NCBI RefSeq assembly: GCF_006345805.1
Contig: NC_043016.1
Span: 31,806,001 to 31,870,000, forward strand
Direction: 5' to 3'
Source of the DNA: Octopus sinensis
Taxonomy: Eukaryota
Length of the DNA stretch: 64,000 bases
The notes under the pieces were generated by a model. That model was not told the origin of the DNA. It was given only the letters and a program-made list of their open reading frames with translations, and ran no database searches. Both the position numbers and the translations under genes were made by a program. Shown here one piece after another: positions 53,301 to 60,626 of the stretch. Numbering within the stretch: the stretch's first letter is position 1; the number at the start of each line of letters is the position of its first letter.

Positions 53301-56300
53301 GAAAGAGTGAGAGAATGAGAAAGAGAGATACGAAGATGACAGAAGACTGAGATATGCTGTATGTTGTTGTACTCAAGAATACCCACCCACCACAACAGAA
53401 TTGATATGTAAGAAGCATTGACGCTGGTGCCATGTAAAAAGCACTGGAGATAGAGTCATGTAAAAAGCTCTCAGTCCACTCTGTAAAGTGGTTGGCATAT
53501 TCTGATAAAGTCTCCCAAGGCCCAGGAAGTTGTGTAAAACAGGGCGACTGATTAAGCCAGCTATCCAAGAGCAGAGATAGTGTATCTGACAGGTTTCCAC
53601 ATAGTTTCCATCTACCTAATTTCATTCAAGAGATTTGTGTTGAGTCACGTCAAAGCTCTGGTAATACATATTTGCCTAAGGTGACACACAATGGGATTGA
53701 ACTCAGAACTATGTGATAGCAAAGTGAACTTCTTAACCATAAAACATTTAATCTTGTGACCTGTTCTCTCTTGTCATAATTACCATGCTAGTAGTTTCTA
53801 ACATAGCTATAAATGAAAACTCATTATTCAAAACGAAGGTGTTTCATGTTAAGTTCTAGTGGTATTAATAATATAATTGAAACAACTCTGGGTTTTAAAA
53901 CCCAAATCATAAACTTCACTCATTAAAAAATTTTTTATCACTCATTCACTCACTCACACTTTTATAGTTAACACATCCAGCAACAACAAAACATTATATG
54001 GCTTCAAATAAAATATCAGAGATTAGACCTCTTGTAACCGGAGCCGGCTGTTTTCAATAAAACTACACACTGTGAGAAGGAGGAAGGAGGTTGAAAAAAG
54101 CAGGTTAAGTGACTGTATATATCAAAGTTCTAATAAGTAACCATGTGGTTCTTTATATTCAGTATTACAACTGCTTTATTCTCACTACAAAATGAACTAT
54201 ATTTTGATAGAATAAGATGTAAAGTTTTTAACTGTATCAACAAAAATTCTACAACATACAGAGGGTAAATACACACACACCTTAACAGAAGCATATTTTG
54301 CTTTAACAATGTAGCTTAGCAATCAGGTGATTTCTTTTTTTTTGCCAAACCACTAAGTTACGGGGACGTAAACACACCAACATCAGCCATCAAGTGATGG
54401 TGGGGGTACAAACACAGACACACATAAAAATATAGATATATCCTCAATGTATCATATATCCGAAAAAGCAGCACACTCTAAAGCATAGAGCAGTAATGTA
54501 TTTATATGTAATTAAGTCTATGTCCGGTCATCCACAAAGGGATCAGCCCTGTGGATGGCTTGTCAGAGTTTAAAGCAAAAACAAAAACAGACAAAAAAAG
54601 TCCACAGGGCTTAAGCCCTTTGTGGATGCAAAACCATTGGTTTCAATGACCAGACATAGACATATACATATACACAATACGTACATACATACATAAAACA
54701 TTTACAAAACAGACATCAACCAGTCATTAACACATAATGATAACAAGAGCTAACAGATCTAACTCAGATATCCAGAAGAAACTCCAAGAAGGTGATGGCA
54801 GTTAACACAACTGAACTAAAGATTGGTTTGTAGAAATATTTACAACCAATGATATTATCATAATCAAAATTACAATATAAATGACACACAGACACAAACA
54901 ACATTTTACAAGACAGATTTCAAACAAAACTGGACTCAGATTGTGAAGAACAGAAAATGTCACTAAACATTTTGCCCAGTGTGCTAATGATTTTGCCAGC
55001 TTGCAGCCTTGCCATTATCATCATCATCATCGTTTAACGTCCGCTTTCCATGCTAGCATGGGTTGGACGATTTGACTGAGGACTGGTGAACCAGATGGCT
55101 ACACCAGGCTCCAATCTGATCTGGCAGAGTTTCTACTTCCTAACGCCAACCACTCTGAGAATGTAGTGGGTGCTTTTACATGCCGCTGGTACGAGGGCTA
55201 GTCAGGTGGTACTGGCAATGACCACACTCAAATGGTGTCTTTTACGTGCTACCTGCACAGGAGCCAGTCCAGTGGCACTGGCAACGACCTCGCTCAAATG
55301 TTTTTTCATGTGTCAGTAAAGTGACGCTAGTAACGATCACGCTCAAATGGTGCTTTTTACATGCCACCAGCACGGAAGCCAGTTAGCTGCTCTGGCAACG
55401 ATCACGCTCGGGTGGTGCTCTTAGCATTCCACTAGCACAGATGCCAGTCATCGAATGTGATTTCGATTGCAATAATGATAATAATAACAACTGCTAATAG
55501 ATCTAAACTAGATATCCAGAAGAAACAAGAGAACAGCAGTCAATGTAACTGAGAGGTAGACGTCAACACAATACAAGCAAATTTCATTGGTAACTGATAA
55601 CATGAAAAATATTGAAGCTAACAAAACCAAGAACAAAGGATGTTAATGGTGATTATACTTACTTCTGTAGGGGATGTGATACCATAGGTAAATGGTTTGT
55701 CATATTTGTGAATTTGTTGATATGTGTCTGGGAAGTCATAGTCGGAATTCCATTTACGATCTGGTGATAATAGCATAATAAATTAAAAACAACAAATGAA
55801 TGTGAATTGGAGGAGTTAGCAGAAAAACTGAAAGAAAGATGGAAAGTGGGAGAAATTCTGAATAATTCATATTGGTTAAAGATTAATTCTTAGATAAGCG
55901 TAAAAAACAAAAATTGATATGAACCAAATCAGTTAAAAATAATTTCAATTAAATTAATTACTGTGACAATAAGTGCTTAACCATAAAACTGTTGAGTTCC
56001 TTAAATCTTCTGATATCACGCCAGGCATATCAATTGATGGTATATTGTTTCTTCAAAAGGATCAAAGGATAATATCTGGAACTGCATTTATCACAATAAT
56101 AATAATATTTAAGGAATAATTACTTCTTTAATTGTAACAGACATTAAAAAAAAAAAAAATGAAACAGGAAACATAATGCAATACAAAGTAAACAAGCAAT
56201 GTGTATTTGTATGAATAAAAACACACACACACACACACTCACTCACACATTCTTTTAACATTTAAACCAGCCATATCCAGCCCAAATAATCTACCAATTT

Positions 56301-56887
56301 TATGTTCAAACTGATCAGAGCCAGCCTCTCACACCTACCCTACAATGTCATTCTAAAAGTAAACAATCATATTATCAAAATCTCAAAGCTACAAGATAAT
56401 GCAGGATTGATTTAATTCAGAACAACATAAACAAGCATCACATTTGACAGAATAATCTGAATGCAAAAGGGTTCAATTCATCTAAATATGAATGTATATC
56501 TACATAAAACTTAATAGTTTTTTTCCCTAATAGATAGTAACACTTCATGATTAGATGGCAGACATGAAAATAGCTTAGGTTACCCTTATGTGATAATATG
56601 GTACCCAACAATTGTTGTAGCTTTCAATAGTTCTTCACTTCTTTTTTACAAAGATTGAAACGTGGTTTTATTCTCTTATTTGTTTCGGTCATATGACTGT
56701 GGCTATGCTGGAGCACTGCCTTTAGTTAAACAAATCGACACCAGGACTTATTCTTTGTAAGCCTAGTACTTATTCTATCGGTCTCTTTTGCCGAACTGCT
56801 AAGTGACGGGGATGTAAACACACCAGCATTGGTTGTCAAGCGATGTTGGGGGGACAAACTTAGACACACAAACATACACATACATAC

Positions 56888-56928
<41 letters not shown>

Positions 56929-57309
56929 CTTCACCTTGACCGACCAGTCCGTCAGGCGTCCATTTGACACCGCTGGTCACAGCACGCTGTCCACTCCTCT
57001 CTGGATCGCGCCTTTCTCATCCACGTGATCCCAATCGTCCTCCTGAAATCGTAACTCCACCGTTGTAGAGGTCTTTTCCGCTCACGCGGGTACCACTCGA
57101 CAACTGCGTGCATCCACCGATTATCCAGCCCATCTATACTTGCCGGTCGAGAAGGGAGTGAAGCAAGGAGAAACAATCTCCCCAAAACTTTTCACTGCAT
57201 GTCTCGAACAGATCATCAGAGGCATTGACTGGCAAGGTGGTGCCAACATCAATGGCGAGCTCCTCACTCACCTCTGTTTCGCTGACGACATCGTACTCAT
57301 CACTGAAAA

Positions 57310-57340
<31 letters not shown>

Positions 57341-59669
57341 GGGCTTCTTTCAGCTTCCCTATACCAAATCCACTCACACGGCTTTGGTTGGCCCGAGGCT
57401 ATAGTAGAAGACACTTGCCAAAGATGCCAAGCATCTTGAACCCGGAACCATGTGGTTGGTAAGCAAGCTACTTACCACACAGCCGCTCCTGCGCCTACAG
57501 AGATTACACCAAATACACAACCAATACAACTGTAATGTTGCAGGTTCAACTAGTGTTCTTTTCAACATACTTTCATCAAAGCCTATAATGAAATTGAATT
57601 TTGACCTCGTGTATTTACATAAAATGTTTTTAAAATGGTTTGGCCTATAAAACTGTACTGAGCTTCAATATGAAAGTTATTGAATGTATTTAATTCTGTT
57701 GAAGGGTATCAAGCTATAGAAACCAAGCTAAAGATGATGTTGGAGCTTGACACAGCTTTGCAGTTCACCAGTTCCCCATCAAACTGTCCAACCCATACCA
57801 GCATGGAAAGTGATGATGAATGGATATACAAATGCTGCCGTCTACTGGTAAAAATACTAACCTAAAAACACAACTAATCACTTTTTTTTTTGCCATGCTG
57901 ATGTTTCGCTCATGTATTCTTAAATATATAATATTAACCATTTTCCTTACACAAAAAAAAAAGAGAAATAAAAAATATTTAAAAAAATCAAAATTACGAA
58001 GGAAAGGTAAAAATATATCTTACTATCTGAGTGATTTTCAGGTGAAGGAGTGGCCCCTGCAGATGTAATTTGTGGTGAAGTAGCTGGAGCATTATTCGCT
58101 TGGGAAAATACAGGAAAGATATCATTTGCACCAATATCAGATGGAGAATAAGGTCTTGGTAATGGCACAGTAGGTGAATTAGGTCTTTCTAAGTTACACT
58201 GAGGAGAAGTTGCCACAGGAGGAGAAGTTTGAAAAGATATTGGCTCGGATACAGTGAGTTCCTGGGCTGTCTCTGATAATGTGGTCTGAGATAAATTCCC
58301 TTTGGATAGGATAGATTGGGGAGAATTTGGTTTTGATTGGTTAGGTTGAGAAGAATCTGTTTCAGATAAAACAGGCTGTGGAGAATTTGTCATTGATTGG
58401 ATAGGTGATGAAGAATTTAAATTTGGTATGGCATTTTGTGGAGGAGGAGATTGTGGAGAATTAGCAGCAAACAGAGTAGGTGGAGAAGTTGGACTCGAAA
58501 CAGATGGGTGAAAGAATACTCTTTGAGAAGATATTTGTGAAGAAGAAGCTTTCGGTGTATTCACCAATGGAGAAATAGCTCTTGGAGAGGTTGTTACTGG
58601 GGAGGCTGTTTGTGGAGAGGGTGATCGAGGTGTGGCAGAAAATGGAGAGGCGGCTCGAGCAGAGGTTGGAGTCCTAGGAGAATTCTTTGGTGAATTTGCT
58701 TGTGGTGAAACTGACCTGGAGTTTTCTGTGATGGAAGTTGTTCTAGGTGAAGGCGTTCGAGAATATTTACTATTATAATCAGGCGAGGTTGGAACAAACT
58801 TGTTGAAGAGATTCAAATTGCAGGGTGGACTAGCAGAGTGTATTGAATTAGAATCGAAAACTTCCACAAATTCAATGCTGAGATAAAGAGAAACAAAACC
58901 GATTAATTTTTGATAAAATAATATTAAACTTAAAAAAAAAAATTATTATACATGGAAATGTTTTCAGATTTTAAATTCTGAAATTGCCATATTTTCTTTC
59001 ATTGTATATGAAAAATTAAAAATTTCAGAATGAAATATTTTAGGAAATGTAATTTAAAAAAAAATGTTAGGAATTAAATAACCTTGAAATAAGTATATTA
59101 AACTACAGAAAAATGTTTAGAAATTCTTAACTTCTCATGGCATGGAAATGTAATCTCTTTTGTTTGCCAGTTTCCGTCTACCAAATCCACTCACAAGGCT
59201 TTGGTCGGCCCGAGGCTATAGTAGAAGACACTTGCCCAAGATGCCACGCAGTGGGACTGAACCCGGAACCATGTGGTTGGTAAGCAAGCTACTTACCACA
59301 CAGCCACTCCTGCCTATATATATATATATATATATTACTGTAAAGTGGTTGGTATTTAGAAGGCCATCCACCTGTAAAACTCCTGCCAAAACTGACCTTG
59401 CTTGTGCTGGTGCAACATAAAAAGCACTCAGTCCATTCTGCTGGGTGGTTAGTGTTAGGAAGGACGTCTGTCTGTAAAGACCCTGCCAAAACAGACATAG
59501 TAGCCTGGGGTAGTTGTCTACCTATGCATGCATGGAAGACAGGCGCCAGATGATGAATAATGATGTACATATGTATATATACATACATACTCACCTAGCT
59601 TGTTCATCCCTTGTAATGACAAGTTCCATGTGATTCGATTCTGATGCACGCCGTAGAATGTCGACAGCA
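24056..59669 (-). CDS. STXBP4: Syntaxin-binding protein 4 (Synip) orthologue, 5'-partial, 15 exons in window (~798 aa)
   Basis: Hand-spliced exons, all GT-AG and phase-consistent (2398 nt = 1 + 799 codons incl. stop). Domain order is PDZ end, EF-hand-like, coiled coil, WW. Segments such as [47 protein letters not shown] and CQLRKMESCKKTYEVAIEKLLKFIE match vertebrate STXBP4 as recalled. Confidence 0.95.
24350..24730 (+). mobile_element. RTE LINE 3' end
   Basis: RKTWDKVVKDDFRTLNL... followed by the family C tail. Confidence 0.75.
25055..25480. mobile_element. Family C fragment (minus, 25055-25320) plus family A 3' fragment (plus, 25370-25480)
   Basis: ttttccatgctggcatgggttgga; tgacaaccagcgttggtgtgtttatgtcccc. 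Confidence 0.75.
25587..25835. repeat. Imperfect (GAT/GAA/GNT)n trinucleotide repeat in the WW intron
   Basis: Seen directly; source of the poly-S, poly-M and poly-H ORFs. Confidence 0.95.
26156..26213 (-). CDS. STXBP4: STXBP4 exon: WW domain first half ([18 protein letters not shown])
   Basis: WW signature; phase 1 to 2; donor gtaagt. Confidence 0.96.
26685..26835 (+). mobile_element. SINE family B (Nin/Deu-like)
   Basis: aaatgcttagcggcatttcgtc...ttttcatccttttgggggtcaataa...tactggggccgat. Confidence 0.75.
27325..27458 (-). CDS. STXBP4: STXBP4 exon (LAGHQEQ...LATEAKDLSRSVKLLIDSQ)
   Basis: Matches LALESKELVKSVRALLD; phase 2 to 1; donor gtgagt. Confidence 0.92.
27920..28330. mobile_element. 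Two family C fragments in opposite orientation (27920-28125 plus; 28140-28330 minus)
   Basis: ggaagggcattcagcc...ccatgccagcatggaaaatggac; gatgcctttcc...caaccacttta. Confidence 0.6.
28490..28735 (+). mobile_element. tRNA-head SINE with V/CORE-like domain (family E)
   Basis: ggggcgcgtggcttagtggttagggtg (A box), ggtttcaattcc (B box), gatggactagcatcccatccagg. Confidence 0.8.
29178..29215 (-). CDS. STXBP4: STXBP4 38-nt exon (HIQEVLEGNSAV)
   Basis: Matches AIQEVFSDNS; acceptor tttatttgcag, donor gtaagt; phase 0 to 2. Confidence 0.88.
29795..30177 (+). mobile_element. Full-length SINE family A
   Basis: ggcgcaggagtggctgtgtggtaag...gactgaaacaagtaaaagag; decayed inverted copy at ~29590-29770. Confidence 0.92.
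30200..30620 (-). mobile_element. Decayed LINE ORF2 fragment
   Basis: Minus strand reads ...ILEEVPFV*ENTPKLMKVDKASG, like the pre-RT region of LINEs. Confidence 0.3.
30690..30840 (+). mobile_element. SINE family B with alternative tail
   Basis: tttgcctttcatcctttcggaggcgataaattaagtaccag...gggcaataaagaaataag. Confidence 0.8.
30974..31087 (-). CDS. STXBP4: STXBP4 exon (KNSPIHRQLAVAACQLRK...KFIE)
   Basis: Matches recalled CQLRKSEMARKTFEASTEKLLHFVE; GT-AG; phase 0 to 0. Confidence 0.95.
32271..32435 (-). CDS. STXBP4: STXBP4 exon: coiled coil ([24 protein letters not shown]...QKQS)
   Basis: Strong similarity to the recalled vertebrate EAKAVVEETRALRSRIHLAEAAQ; donor gtaagt. Confidence 0.95.
32645..33270. 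mobile_element. SINE cluster: family A 3' half (minus, 32645-32835), family E variant (plus, 32855-33130), family A 5' fragment (minus, 33140-33270)
   Basis: Shared diagnostic blocks with other copies. Confidence 0.75.
33790..33890 (+). mobile_element. Family C 3' tail
   Basis: catgctagcatggaaagcggatgttaaacgatgatgatg. Confidence 0.8.
33942..34007 (-). CDS. STXBP4: STXBP4 exon: coiled coil (AKIREKEDSCNTAEEELLRIRR)
   Basis: Acceptor tttattcag, donor gtaaat; phase 0 to 0. Confidence 0.88.
34652..35440. mobile_element. Head-to-head pair of family A SINEs (34652-35020 minus; 35105-35440 plus)
   Basis: Both copies nearly full length, in opposite orientation. Confidence 0.85.
35733..35831 (-). 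CDS. STXBP4: STXBP4 exon: coiled-coil start (VEVLPDST...EVEKLR)
   Basis: Acceptor aattttcag, donor gtaagt; phase 0 to 0. Confidence 0.9.
36200..36420. mobile_element. piggyBac-like MITE (family P1) inserted in a family C tail
   Basis: TTAA|CCCTTTCGTTAC ... GTAACGAAAGGG|TTAA; host reads ggacg-TTAA-[MITE]-TTAA-ataatgatgatg. Confidence 0.9.
36621..36730 (-). CDS. STXBP4: STXBP4 exon (IIKVANEVCQ...FPHE)
   Basis: Continues the EF-hand-like helix; phase 1 to 0; donor gtaagt. Confidence 0.88.
36826..37046. mobile_element. piggyBac-like MITE (family P2)
   Basis: TTAA|CCCTTTAG ... CTAAAGGG|TTAA. Confidence 0.88.
37516..38973 (+). mobile_element. SINE family A split by a Helitron-like insertion
   Basis: SINE 5' half 37516-37697, 3' half 38746-38973. 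Confidence 0.85.
37698..38745 (+). mobile_element. Non-autonomous Helitron/Helentron-like element
   Basis: 5' actagc with hairpin gacccg/cgggtc; 3' (acag)n...agttttatatatataaagat. Confidence 0.65.
39807..40058. mobile_element. piggyBac-like MITE (P1), carrying a ~40-bp RTE-tail insertion
   Basis: TTAA-flanked; reverse-orientation copy of 36200-36420 plus agcatggaaaacggacgctaaacgatgatgatgatg. Confidence 0.88.
40112..41170 (-). mobile_element. Two family A SINEs (40112-40405, 40772-41170)
   Basis: cagccatgctggag..., tacttattct.ttggtctc..., actgaacctgggaccatg. Confidence 0.8.
41329..41425 (-). CDS. STXBP4: STXBP4 exon: EF-hand-like (LWQTLGFQPTPNELAAIRYRVAVDENGMVSYE)
   Basis: Resembles the vertebrate segment ALNYLGIQPT...ADSKGTVSF; phase 0 to 1; donor gtaact. 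Confidence 0.9.
41940..42195 (+). mobile_element. RTE-associated repeat with (GAT)n tail
   Basis: aagggcatgcgtcccatagaaaaatcc...ggatgacgatgatgaag. Confidence 0.45.
42739..43200. mobile_element. hAT-like MITE (42739-42982) with tandem partial duplication (to ~43200)
   Basis: TIRs CAGTGGTTCTCAAC / GTTGAGAACCCCTG; flanks atgtagac / ctttagat; related pieces near 34600, 35510 and 52650-52860. Confidence 0.8.
43680..44435 (+). mobile_element. Two family C elements (43680-44005, 44255-44435)
   Basis: ggcacgtaaaagcaccatcc repeats; ccaacccatgctagcatggaaagcggacg + (GAT)n. Confidence 0.85.
44746..44903 (-). CDS. STXBP4: STXBP4 exon (KSSILHIHYS...KEMTD)
   Basis: Acceptor cgcttttcag, donor gtaagt; phase 1 to 0; open frame. 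Confidence 0.75.
44936..45372. mobile_element. Family A 5' half (plus, 44936-45097) and a distinct SINE (minus, 45105-45372)
   Basis: gcaggcatggccgtgtgataag; minus strand ccgatcaacggaacagcctgc...gcaagtggctgagcactccacagac. Confidence 0.65.
45850..46445. mobile_element. Family C fragment (minus, 45850-46045) and family B SINE (plus, 46200-46445)
   Basis: gggttggatggtttgacagg; ggtggcaagctggcagaaacgttagcac...tttgcctttcatcctttcagggtcgat. Confidence 0.8.
46520..46970 (-). mobile_element. Decayed RTE LINE 3' coding fragment
   Basis: Minus strand IQTAEIGFI*RISRV...QILQAKLTGKRCRGRPR with in-frame stops. Confidence 0.6.
47630..47795 (+). mobile_element. SINE family A, decayed 5' half
   Basis: gcaagcatggctgtgaag...gaaatttggtaagcggaaac. 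Confidence 0.6.
48778..49545 (+). mobile_element. Family A fragment (48778-48900), family C (48975-49268), RTE-tail variant (49330-49545)
   Basis: Shared diagnostic blocks and (GAT)n tails. Confidence 0.75.
49796..49946 (-). CDS. STXBP4: STXBP4 exon (IALPRSRIPM...DTESA)
   Basis: Acceptor tgttttttcag, donor gtacat; phase 0 to 1; open frame. Confidence 0.8.
50035..51145 (-). mobile_element. Three family B SINEs (50035-50285, 50365-50570, 50595-50770) and a family C element (50803-51145)
   Basis: aaaggatgaaaggtaaagtcaacc; catcatcatcgtttaatgttcgctttccatgctggcatggg. Confidence 0.75.
51343..51788 (+). mobile_element. CR1-type LINE 3' end with (TAAC)n tail
   Basis: [35 protein letters not shown]...FSVRVADPWNKLP...FKASLD; frame intact. 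Confidence 0.92.
51811..51935 (+). mobile_element. Penelope-like pLTR fragment with minimal hammerhead motif (51861-51904)
   Basis: acac-CTGATGA-a-ggctg(gagggtatat)cagtc-GAAAC-ATT-gtgt. Confidence 0.7.
52095..52505 (-). mobile_element. Two tandem family B SINEs
   Basis: taactggtacttaatttatcgacccc..aggatgaaaggcaaagtc present twice. Confidence 0.85.
54516..54661. repeat. 146-bp foldback element whose arms are themselves hairpins
   Basis: gtctatgtccggtcat-ccacaaagggatcagccctgtggat ... gtccacagggcttaagccctttgtggat..atgaccagacatagac. Confidence 0.85.
55018..55470 (-). mobile_element. Family C element
   Basis: catcatcgtttaacgtccgctttccatgctagcatgggttgg plus internal repeats. Confidence 0.9.
55663..55760 (-). 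CDS. STXBP4: STXBP4 exon (RKWNSDYDFP...SPTE)
   Basis: Acceptor tatcaccag, donor gtaagt; phase 1 to 0; open frame. Confidence 0.75.
56250..56472. mobile_element. Decayed P2 MITE (reverse copy of 36826-37046)
   Basis: atttaaaccagccatatccagc...tgttcaaactg...ctctcacacc.accctacaat...aaagggtt. Confidence 0.75.
56667..57496 (-). mobile_element. Family A SINE split by an inverted RTE insertion
   Basis: SINE 3' half 56667-56924, 5' half 57309-57496. Confidence 0.85.
56925..57308. mobile_element. RTE LINE with 5' inversion: 3' end on minus (56925-~57135), RT core on plus (~57140-57308)
   Basis: Minus: LDNRWMHAVVEWYPRERKRP..RW..MDA* and a (TGAAGG)-like tail. Plus: KGVKQGETISPKLF...HLCFADDIVL. Confidence 0.88.
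58024..58877 (-). CDS. STXBP4: STXBP4 exon: 854-nt Ser/Pro/Thr-rich linker
   Basis: Open frame (ORF track 57947-58867); acceptor tttatctcag, donor gtaaga; phase 2 to 1 fits both neighbours. Confidence 0.85.
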
Positions 59670-59935
59670 CTAAAAGAGAAAAAAAAAAAGGGAATAAAAA
59701 AAAATCAAGAAATGGAAATATTTACTTTTTTCTTTTATTTGTTTTTCAGTCATTTGACTGCAGCCATGCTGGAGAACCACCTTTAGTTGAACAAATCGAC
59801 CCCAGGACTTATTTTTTGTAAGCCTAATACTTATTCTAATGGTCTCTTTTGCTGAACTGCTAAGTTACATGGGTGTAAGTACACCAACATTGGTTGTCAA
59901 GCAGTGGTTGGAGGACAAACACAGACACACAAACA
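59160..59935. mobile_element. SINE cluster around the PDZ exon: family A (59160-59314 minus), family C (59335-59565 plus), family A 3' half (59735-59935 minus)
   Basis: Diagnostic blocks as in other copies. Confidence 0.8.
59595..59669 (-). CDS. STXBP4: STXBP4 exon: PDZ C-terminal end (AVDILRRASESNHMELVITRDEQA)
   Basis: Polypyrimidine acceptor ttctcttttag, donor gtgagt; phase 2 to 2; PDZ alphaB/betaF-like sequence. Confidence 0.9.
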
Positions 59936-60359
59936 TGTATCTATATACTATTAAAAATGAACTTTGATCTTGCTTGTTTGCAATGTTACACAGCCAAACC
60001 AGCATGTAATGGGAAAATACTTTGAAAGTAAAGTGCCTCTGAAATGTGAATACAAACGGAATAAAGCAAGTTTTGCATAAATTGGACCAGTGGTTCTTGA
60101 GATATTGGAGGTTTTGGGAATATAAATACCCAAAAACAGTGCATAATGGTAAAATACTCTGAAAATAACTTAACCCTGAAAGGGAAGAAACTAACCTTTC
60201 CATTAGACACATTAGTGACTTTAACTTGCCAATGGTTTTTTTTACAGTAAATGTTTCTATTTTCACTTTTATTAAACACAATATTTTAATCATTTAGAAA
60301 TATTTTTAAATAAATGTGACCACAGTAAATATTTTGTGAAAGACCCGTTCATAAGCTTG

Positions 60360-60475
60360 GAAATATTGATCAACAACAATTGACTTACATCAATTATATT
60401 TTTTAATTCAATACAAATAGACTTGTATTAAAAAGTAATAATTGATGTTAGTCAATTGTTGTTGATCAATATTTC
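60360..60475. repeat. AT-rich hairpin (~50-bp imperfect arms)
   Basis: gaaatattgatcaacaacaattgact / agtcaattgttgttgatcaatatttc, 26-bp perfect outer stem. Confidence 0.9.
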
Positions 60476-60626
60476 TCCATTTTCTGTTTACTTCAAATTT
60501 GATTCTTGATAAACTCATATTTATCTTTGTCATTACCTGTGACTTATGAGCATAATATGCTTGCATATGTATGTCCAGGGTAAACTTAGCTAATTATACA
60601 ACATACATGTACATTATATTTATATA

